From a virus (Duplodnaviria > Caudoviricetes): DNA of 62,437 nucleotides. The translations under genes were made by a program, and so were the position numbers. Of the stretch, positions 53,510 to 59,411 are shown one piece after another (position 1 is the first letter of the stretch; every line of letters begins with the position of its first letter). The DNA is taken from the IMG/VR virus record IMGVR_UViG_3300021425_000035, positions 1-62,437 of that record. The stretch is one strand, 5' to 3'. Below the pieces are notes generated by a model. The model was not told the DNA's origin and searched no databases. It was given only the letters and a program-made list of their open reading frames with translations.

Positions 53510-53880
53510 TATCGTTAATTATAATTAACGAACGATTACGATTAACTGTTAATTATAATACCTTTGCAATCGTAATTACTGTGTTATTCTAATTACTTTA
53601 CAATCGTATTTAATTGTTGTTAATAATAACAAATACATTTATTTACTGTTAATTAGAATTAACAACTAATTGTAATTACAAAGTATTTGTATTATTGTGT
53701 AATTTTATTTGTATAGTATTACTAATACACTGGTAATTATCAAAGTATTAGTAATATTGAATAATTGTGATTAGTTGCTAATTTTAATTACTGTGTAATC
53801 TATGTGTATTTGTATTTGTATACTTTCCTACATTTATTTGATTGTATAAAGAATAGCTAACTGTAAAAAAAGAGAAATAA
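53510..53880. other. Non-coding, extremely AT-rich block with 20-bp palindrome
   Basis: 11 of 60 G+C in line 53581; TCGTTAATTATAATTAACGA (53512-53531) is a perfect palindrome. Confidence 0.75.
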
Positions 53881-53904
53881 AAAAGGGGGCAGGATTTGCC
53901 CCCT
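53879..53904 (-). terminator. Rho-independent terminator closing the early region
   Basis: Minus strand AGGGGGCA-AATCC-TGCCCCCT followed by a T run. Confidence 0.8.
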
Positions 53905-53924
53905 GTGAGTATAGCTAACTGTGC

Positions 53925-54206
53925 TCAATATCCGCCCTCTTCGATATACTTTAGGTCTCCTACTTTCCTGCCCTTTGCTATCACCGAACCGAGGGAGAAT
54001 CCAAGGAGATCGGGAGATTTAATAATTTCAGTAAGATATACTTTATAGCGATTTGTGGCTTCGAAAAGATATGCTTTCTCGTGGTTCGATTGGAATATGA
54101 TTTCGACGAAATTACCGTCGATCTCGATGTTGTGAATTGCGCTAGATTCGTCTACAGTGAACGTCCGATAGATGGGGGCGTTTGTGATTTCGAAGGAAAC
54201 AGACAT
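53925..54206 (-). CDS. KTSC-like small protein (93 aa)
   Basis: 'ESSAIHNIEID...VEIIFQSN..KAYLF...SLGSVIAKGR' follows the KTSC pattern. Confidence 0.5.
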   Translation of the reverse strand: MSVSFEITNAPIYRTFTVDESSAIHNIEIDGNFVEIIFQSNHEKAYLFEATNRYKVYLTEIIKSPDLLGFSLGSVIAKGRKVGDLKYIEEGGY

Positions 54207-54272
54207 TTCGAGAAAAGTGTAGAGAATGGGTGGGGGGCTGTGGTGCCCCCCGTTGCTCGCTATCCTAGCAGA

Positions 54273-54569
54273 TCACAGGGCGCTGTTGCGATTCTGTGCC
54301 CACATGGCGAGGCGCTTGGTGCTAGCCTTGCTGAACACCCGATCGGTCTGGGTGATCGTGCCATCGGCATGGGTGACACGGTGACGGTTGGCAGCCTTGG
54401 CACACGCCTGCAGGGCACGGCGACCCTGGCGATCGGTCTGGGCAAGGTTCAGCAGGAGGGTGGCACGGTGCCCACCGATCACACGGGGGCGCTCGATCAG
54501 CAGACGGGCAGCGGTTTCGGCGTCACCGATCAGGGCAGCGAAACGGCTGGAGGGGATGATGGGGAGCAT
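54273..54569 (-). CDS. Early hypothetical Arg/Ala-rich protein (98 aa)
   Basis: ATG downstream of promoter TCGACA-N16-TAGGAT (54618-54645); followed by G6C/GC6 hairpin at about 54232-54251. Confidence 0.6.
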   Translation of the reverse strand: MLPIIPSSRFAALIGDAETAARLLIERPRVIGGHRATLLLNLAQTDRQGRRALQACAKAANRHRVTHADGTITQTDRVFSKASTKRLAMWAQNRNSAL

Positions 54570-54874
54570 CGGTCTGGGGCGGGGGGTGGTGGAGGTCTGT
54601 CCCCCTCGCTTGAACGTATCCTATCAGATCGGTGGGGGGTGTCGAGGGTCTGGGGTCGAAATCGGGACAGTGCCCCAGGTGGCACACGGGGTCGGGGTCG
54701 CTGGCAGTGGGGGGCGCTCGCCGTGCTAGATTGGAGGTAGACCCTATGGTTGTTGCCTATGGGTTGGCAGGGGCGGTGGCGACGGTTGGCGTCTGCAGAG
54801 CTACCCCGCTCCTCGATCGGTTGTCTCTGGAATCCTAGCACAGAAAAGGGGGGCGGTGTGCCCCCCTGGTGGGG

Positions 54875-55060
54875 TCAGATCAGGTGATCTGCCAGATCCC
54901 AGCGGTGGATCGTGAAGCCAGGGTGGCGACGCTGGCAGGTGGCGAGAGCCTCAGCAGCGGTTGCTGCCCGAACGGAGATCACCTCGGGGAAGGGGTGGCA
55001 GTTGCCTTCCTGAACGCCGATGAACAGGAAGTGGCAGGAGCGGTCGGTAGCGATGTCCAT
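54875..55060 (-). CDS. Cassette mini-protein (61 aa)
   Basis: Fills the space between two cassette elements exactly. Confidence 0.7.
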   Translation of the reverse strand: MDIATDRSCHFLFIGVQEGNCHPFPEVISVRAATAAEALATCQRRHPGFTIHRWDLADHLI

Positions 55061-55134
55061 GGTCGGGTGTCTGTGGTTGACTCTGGAATTCTATCATGGG
55101 AGGGGGGCTCTTGTGAACCCCCCCCCAGGTGGGG

Positions 55135-55383
55135 TCAGGGGCTGGGGTCGTACCCGTCCAGGATAGCCTCTACGATCTGCTCGTGAGTTTGCTGGCAGAG
55201 AATGCCTGCGATTGCGATCTCTTCAGCCCATTCCCAGGTGCCACCAGTGAGGAAGTCCAAGGGGAGAATGTAGGGGTACATCTTGTTAAACAGATCCTCG
55301 ATCTTACCCAGTTCATTGTAGAGATCCAAGGGGATCTCCCAGGCTTCGTCGATCTGCACGGTGTCGGTGAAGGCGTAGGTCAT
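55135..55383 (-). CDS. Cassette acidic mini-protein (82 aa)
   Basis: Fills the space between two cassette elements; D/E-rich. Confidence 0.72.
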   Translation of the reverse strand: MTYAFTDTVQIDEAWEIPLDLYNELGKIEDLFNKMYPYILPLDFLTGGTWEWAEEIAIAGILCQQTHEQIVEAILDGYDPSP

Positions 55384-55452
55384 GGGTGCCTGTGTGGTTG
55401 ACTCTGGAATTCTACAGGGTGGTGGGGGGTCTTGGCAACCCCCCTGGCTGGA

Positions 55453-55623
55453 TCAGTGCCGATCGCTCACGTTCCAGGTGGTGGTGGGGGCATTGGCAGG
55501 GAAGGGGAAGGGGCGACCCTCCTGGAATGCCTTACGGTTGGCAGCGGATCGTGCCTGCATTTGATCGTAGCGGGCGGTGTAGTCTGCCATGATGGCTGCG
55601 AGGTCGATCTTGGGGTTGGTCAT
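55453..55623 (-). CDS. Cassette mini-protein (56 aa, not in ORF track)
   Basis: MTNPKIDLAAIMADYTARYDQMQARSAANRKAFQEGRPFPFPANAPTTTWNVSDRH*; fills the space between two elements. Confidence 0.72.
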   Translation of the reverse strand: MTNPKIDLAAIMADYTARYDQMQARSAANRKAFQEGRPFPFPANAPTTTWNVSDRH

Positions 55624-55691
55624 GGTGCCTGTGTGGTTGACTCTGGAATTCTACAGGATGGGGGGCTGGTTGGCAACCCCCCCAGGTTGGG

Positions 55692-55937
55692 TCAGACGGC
55701 GACCCAGTAGGTGTTCACGCACACATTAGGAACTGCCTTACCGATCTCTCGCATCTCCGCCATGATCCACTGATCCTGTGGGCGAGCAGATCGCCAACCC
55801 ATCACCTGGAAGTAGCAGTCCTCCAGGGTGGCGGGGTAGGCAACGGTGCTGACGATCCTACCGTTCCGAACCATCGCCACAGCGAACGGGTAGCGTGTGG
55901 GGGACAGGATGGTCTTGAGTGGGGTGGGGTCGGTCAT
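55692..55937 (-). CDS. Cassette mini-protein (81 aa)
   Basis: Fills the space between two cassette elements. Confidence 0.7.
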   Translation of the reverse strand: MTDPTPLKTILSPTRYPFAVAMVRNGRIVSTVAYPATLEDCYFQVMGWRSARPQDQWIMAEMREIGKAVPNVCVNTYWVAV

Positions 55938-56014
55938 CTGTCGGGTGTCTGTGGTTGACTCTGGAATTCTACAGCCAGTGGGGGGCTGTTGCCAACCCCC
56001 CTGGTGTGCAGTGC

Positions 56015-56767
56015 TCAGACCGTCACAGCTTGGCTGGTGGTCGCCTTGCGATAGCCTCCGAACTGCCCAGCCTGGCGACGCTGGCGAATCGCCTTGCCCC
56101 AGTCGCTACCCTTGGGCTGGGTGCCATGCACTAGCAGGGCGAAGGGACGATCACCAAAGCAGTGGCTGTCGTCGTGATCAACCTCTAGCCCCAGGGCGTT
56201 AGCATCATCATCCGTCATCACCACTTTACTATAACGGGGGAACATTCCATCGTCGATCATGTAATCGAACTTACCACCATAGCTTGCCGTCATGTAGAAG
56301 TTAGAGGGCAATTCTTGAGTGATAAAGAATTCGAGAGATTTGCTGTAGCAGTAGAACTTAAGGTTAGGGTTCATCTGTGCAACTTTAACCCACGCTTGCA
56401 GATAGGCGAGGCTGAAGAAGTCGCCCGACTCGTGTATACGAACCAGCTTGGTATTGCGTGTCTTAAAGTGGTTCAACGCAACGCTAATCTGTTCAGCAGC
56501 GTGATCAATACCCACCTGCAGGTATTCCACAACAGTAGCCAGGTTGTTGGCTCGGTTGTAGAATGCTCCATCGTATTGCACCTCAGACGATGCAGCAAAG
56601 CATCGGAATTGCGTGTGCTCGGTGTCTTGAATAGAACGCTTGCCGTTAGCATCAACAACAGCGAAAGACTTACAGAAAAGGGCACCAGGGCAGGTCTTGC
56701 CTGCAGGCAGGTTGAAAATCAGGGTGCTGGTGCCCAGCTTGGCGTTGCCTTTGGAGAAGGTGAGCAT
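56015..56767 (-). CDS. GP88-family Cys-motif protein (250 aa from MLTFSKGNAKL)
   Basis: 'GNAKL', 'LPAGKTCPGA..C', 'CFAAS', 'RIHESGDFF', 'FYCYSKS' motifs of gene product 88 family; start placed at the ATG after the cassette core. Confidence 0.7.
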   Translation of the reverse strand: MLTFSKGNAKLGTSTLIFNLPAGKTCPGALFCKSFAVVDANGKRSIQDTEHTQFRCFAASSEVQYDGAFYNRANNLATVVEYLQVGIDHAAEQISVALNHFKTRNTKLVRIHESGDFFSLAYLQAWVKVAQMNPNLKFYCYSKSLEFFITQELPSNFYMTASYGGKFDYMIDDGMFPRYSKVVMTDDDANALGLEVDHDDSHCFGDRPFALLVHGTQPKGSDWGKAIRQRRQAGQFGGYRKATTSQAVTV

Positions 56768-56855
56768 GGCTCTGTCTGTGGTTGACTCTGGAATTCTACA
56801 GGATAGGTTGGCGGGTTGCAAGGGGCAGGATGGACACTGCCCCGATTGGCACACC

Positions 56856-57047
56856 CTATAGTTCTACATTCCAGTGGCGATCGTTTGGTATAGTAACCCA
56901 AAAGAAGTTGCGACCATTGAGTGAACCAAGGTGAACACTATTGCCTTCGATTTTATCCACAATACATTCAGGATTGTGGTCCATAAGATTAGCAAACCTA
57001 TTCTTGGCTTTGCTAGATTTAGGTGCGACAAATGCTTTGGGTTTCAT
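56856..57047 (-). CDS. Hypothetical protein (63 aa)
   Basis: MKPKAFVAPKSSKAKNRFANLMD...SLNGRNFFWV...DRHWNVEL; TATACT -10 upstream. Confidence 0.7.
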   Translation of the reverse strand: MKPKAFVAPKSSKAKNRFANLMDHNPECIVDKIEGNSVHLGSLNGRNFFWVTIPNDRHWNVEL

Positions 57048-57136
57048 GATACAATTGTGTTGACCTTTACAGTATAGCAACACCAAATCTACACTGCGAG
57101 TGATACTGTGCCACTAAAAGAAGTGGCACACACTAA

Positions 57137-57316
57137 CTAGAATGCAATCTCTTCTAGTGTAGGATGAACACCAGCACTGATTGTGTCACCAACTGCCACA
57201 ACAGTTTGCATCACTGATTCCACAGGATTGTCAGTGATAGCATCAAGAATTCTAAGGATTTCAGATCCTGTTTTACCCTGACGAAGGGTGCTAATCATCA
57301 ATTTGGTGTCAATCAT
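57137..57316 (-). CDS. Hypothetical protein (59 aa, not in ORF track)
   Basis: MIDTKLMISTLRQGKTGSEILRILDAITDNPVESVMQTVVAVGDTISAGVHPTLEEIAF*. Confidence 0.65.
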   Translation of the reverse strand: MIDTKLMISTLRQGKTGSEILRILDAITDNPVESVMQTVVAVGDTISAGVHPTLEEIAF

Positions 57317-57346
57317 GTTGGTAATTAGAATAAAGAACTGAGTTTG

Positions 57347-57459
57347 TATAAAGAATAAAACAACACTGTTTTATTCTTTATATCTTGGACTGTATATAAA
57401 GAATAGAACAACAGTTTCTATTCTTTATATTCTATACTACACTATTCTTGTGTAGTATA
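57347..57459. repeat. Three tandem perfect inverted repeats (16, 15 and 10 bp arms)
   Basis: 57347-57382, 57394-57430, 57433-57459. Confidence 0.85.
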
Positions 57460-57567
57460 CTCTATACTCTCTCCTATACTATAATCATCATAGTCATACT
57501 CTTCATTGTATTCTTTATAGTATTGTAGTTCTTGATTTACATACTCAAGAAATAGTTGATCTTCCAT
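57442..57567 (-). CDS. Acidic Tyr-rich micro-protein (41 aa, not in ORF track)
   Basis: MEDQLFLEYVNQELQYYKEYNEEYDYDDYSIGESIEYTTQE*. Confidence 0.5.
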   Translation of the reverse strand: MEDQLFLEYVNQELQYYKEYNEEYDYDDYSIGESIEYTTQE

Positions 57568-57606
57568 AAAGAATTTAATGGTTAAAGGTTAATAATAATT
57601 TATTTG

Positions 57607-57673
57607 AAAAAACTGAAAAAGTCAAGATTTGAAATAATTAAGTTTTTTGATTTCCTGACTTTTTCAGTTTTTT
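57607..57673. repeat. Perfect 18-bp inverted repeat; one arm recurs at 59031-59048
   Basis: AAAAAACTGAAAAAGTCA-N31-TGACTTTTTCAGTTTTTT. Confidence 0.85.
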
Positions 57674-57678
57674 AGATT

Positions 57679-57900
57679 TTACGAAATTCCAAACTCTTCC
57701 AAAATCTCAGAATCTGTGCCATAGTGTTCTTTGATCTCACTCACAAGTTCATCTGCTGTGTATTTGGTATAACAATCAACCAATGAATCAAAACAAAATT
57801 GTTCCATGGTCTTCATGTCCATACTATCAAGCACCCATGCAGAATACTTCTCAACAAGTTCAGCAAAATCTTCGTTAGTCATTTTCTCAGTGTCAGTCAT
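57679..57900 (-). CDS. Acidic hypothetical protein (73 aa from ATG 57900)
   Basis: 'LVEKYSAWVLDSMDMKTMEQF..D.L...Y..YTADELVSEIKEHY' recurrent cyanophage early family. Confidence 0.7.
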   Translation of the reverse strand: MTDTEKMTNEDFAELVEKYSAWVLDSMDMKTMEQFCFDSLVDCYTKYTADELVSEIKEHYGTDSEILEEFGIS

Positions 57901-58054
57901 TGGTGGGGTGGTTGACAATTTGATCTTCAATTTGATTGGCAAGTTCTTCCATGAACTCACGATCTTCATCTTGTTCATACTGAGCATTGTTACGAACAAT
58001 ACTCAACAAGAAATCAATCTGTTCGTCAGTGAAGTGATACTCTTTGAGTGTCAT
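57893..58054 (-). CDS. Acidic hypothetical protein (53 aa, not in ORF track)
   Basis: MTLKEYHFTDEQIDFLLSIVRNNAQYEQDEDREFMEELANQIEDQIVNHPTND*; overlaps both neighbours. Confidence 0.65.
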   Translation of the reverse strand: MTLKEYHFTDEQIDFLLSIVRNNAQYEQDEDREFMEELANQIEDQIVNHPTND

Positions 58055-58179
58055 TTCCGAAGTGGTGAATTGTTGTAAGATTTGAAAATTGTAACCAGGA
58101 TAAAGAGGGTGGCAACCACCCCCACAAATCCTAGCATGGTGGTGGCATCACCACCGAAGCCTAAAGTGTCAACTGTCAT
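58051..58179 (-). CDS. Single-pass membrane micro-protein (42 aa, not in ORF track)
   Basis: MTVDTLGFGGDATTMLGFVGVVATLFILVTIFKSYNNSPLRK*; ATGA overlaps on both sides. Confidence 0.65.
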   Translation of the reverse strand: MTVDTLGFGGDATTMLGFVGVVATLFILVTIFKSYNNSPLRK

Positions 58180-58346
58180 ACATCGTAACAAATGTTGGAT
58201 TTCTTCATCTCATCATACCACACCTTGTCAGATTCTGACAGTATGCAGGTGAGAGACATCATGAAGCTGGCAAACTCAGCCATCTCATTCAGCAGCGTGA
58301 GACGGTGCTCGTGGTTGCTGACGATGTTCTGGTTGAAGTAGTTCAA
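58176..58346 (-). CDS. Hypothetical protein (56 aa, TTG start, not in ORF track)
   Basis: MNYFNQNIVSNHEHRLTLLNEMAEFASFMMSLTCILSESDKVWYDEMKKSNICYDV*; AGGGGA SD; TATTCT -10 upstream. Confidence 0.55.
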   Translation of the reverse strand: MNYFNQNIVSNHEHRLTLLNEMAEFASFMMSLTCILSESDKVWYDEMKKSNICYDV

Positions 58347-58474
58347 GGTTAATCCCCTGACGACTCCCTAAGAATAACACCACCAGACCCCTCTGGAAGC
58401 CCCTCTGTGCCACCTCTAGAACTGTCTAGGTGTCATACCACTGGACACAGATTAATATACAATCGAAAGTGAAT

Positions 58475-58498
58475 AAAAAAGGGAGCATTTCTGCTCCC
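58475..58498 (-). terminator. Rho-independent terminator
   Basis: Minus strand GGGAGCA-GAAA-TGCTCCC followed by T6. Confidence 0.8.
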
Positions 58499-58507
58499 AA
58501 ATATTAT

Positions 58508-58672
58508 TCAATCCCAATCAACGTGTTCATCGTAATCCTTGAATTTGGATTGACGTTTGTTCCTTGTGGAATAACGTTTCTGATTCTGGACTTCATATCC
58601 GAAGTCTTCATAATCATCCTCAAGGTGCAGATCTTTGAAAGATTCTGTGTACTTACGAGTGGTTTTTGCCAT
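58508..58672 (-). CDS. Charged hypothetical protein (54 aa, not in ORF track)
   Basis: MAKTTRKYTESFKDLHLEDDYEDFGYEVQNQKRYSTRNKRQSKFKDYDEHVDWD*; ends just before the terminator. Confidence 0.65.
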   Translation of the reverse strand: MAKTTRKYTESFKDLHLEDDYEDFGYEVQNQKRYSTRNKRQSKFKDYDEHVDWD

Positions 58673-58721
58673 TTTTGTCTAGTTTTTGTTCCTTTTTGTT
58701 ACAGTTTTGTAATATTTAGGA

Positions 58722-58961
58722 TCAAACTGCCATAATTTGCAGTGTTTGATCTTCACGAATAGCTTTGTTAACAAATCGACCCACACTTTGGTCGTTTTCA
58801 ATAACATTGTTCACAGTATTTACAAAATCTTGTGCAGTAATGCCATTAAGAGTATAACTATACTCTTTACCACTGTTCCAGGTAATACCTACAATACCAG
58901 TAGTATCATATACTACGATATCATTAACAGCAGATGAATCAATGTTCGTAATCTTAGTCAT
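58722..58961 (-). CDS. KTSC-like small protein (79 aa)
   Basis: 'DSSAVNDIVVYD..GIVGITWNSGKEYSY...QSVGRFVNKAIR' follows the KTSC pattern. Confidence 0.6.
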   Translation of the reverse strand: MTKITNIDSSAVNDIVVYDTTGIVGITWNSGKEYSYTLNGITAQDFVNTVNNVIENDQSVGRFVNKAIREDQTLQIMAV

Positions 58962-59099
58962 TTCAGTTAATAGTTAAAGGTTAAGATTTGACTTTCTCAA
59001 AAATCTCAAAATCTTAAAAATCTTAAATTTTGACTTTTTCAGTTTTTTCAATTTTTGAGTTTTTTGGAAATCTTGGAATTCCTTGATTTCCATGTACAC

Positions 59100-59128
59100 A
59101 TGATAGCAGCAATCTCGATAATTGTCAA
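59100..59128 (-). promoter_or_regulatory. Strong sigma70 early promoter TTGACA-N17-TATCAT
   Basis: Near-consensus; palindromic box starts 6 bp upstream. Confidence 0.8.
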
Positions 59129-59221
59129 GTCCTCTGTGACACTTGGTGAACTGGTACAAGAGTGGTTGACATCGAGTTGTCAAGGGGTTCTGTGCCACTT
59201 TGAGAACTGGCATACATCGGC

Positions 59222-59250
59222 TTGACTTTTGATAGGTGGCGGGCTAAGAC
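59222..59250 (+). promoter_or_regulatory. Divergent plus-strand promoter TTGACT-N17-TAAGAC
   Basis: Canonical spacing; palindromic box 59191-59214 just upstream; no downstream ORF. Confidence 0.5.
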
Positions 59251-59367
59251 CACTACACCCCCGTACATTTCAGAACATTTCCACTGATAAACTCGGATAA
59301 CAGTATCATTATATGTGTTTAATACAACACATAACTATATTTTTTTAAACATTTATTAATATGATAG

Positions 59368-59411
59368 TTTTTCACAGGTTTTTCCACAATTTTTCCGTAA
59401 GTTGTGGAAAA
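59368..59411. promoter_or_regulatory. Cluster of cyanobacterial-type DnaA boxes (TTTTCCACA)
   Basis: Perfect at 59380-59388 (+) and 59403-59411 (-); near matches at 59368-59376 and 59391-59399. Confidence 0.55.

Larger units (their letters stand above)
54816..56826 (-). repeat. Six promoter-stem-loop cassette elements with identical 22-bp core TGTGGTTGACTCTGGAATTCTA
   Basis: Exact cores at 55072, 55393, 55632, 55950, 56777; degenerate at 54816; each carries a TAGAAT (TAGGAT in the degenerate copy) -10 and a TTG(C/G)CA-like -35 on the minus strand. Confidence 0.9.

Noticed and set aside
55072-56798. CRISPR array from the 22-bp repeats
   Set aside because: Repeat-to-repeat distances are 239-827 bp, the intervals contain whole ORFs, the repeat includes a -10 box, and there are no cas genes
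54210-56850. Assembly chimera or host contamination
   Set aside because: The island shares strand, palindromic boxes and mini-gene style with the flanking phage DNA, and GC falls gradually on the right; read-level confirmation is still advisable
54081-56861. Plus-strand ORFs in the GC island (e.g. 219 aa; repeated 'VVDSGIL')
   Set aside because: Stop-poor GC-rich shadows; 'VVDSGIL' is just the translated repeat; promoters point to the minus strand
56953-56961. E. coli-type DnaA box TTATCCACA
   Set aside because: Single copy inside a coding region; likely chance
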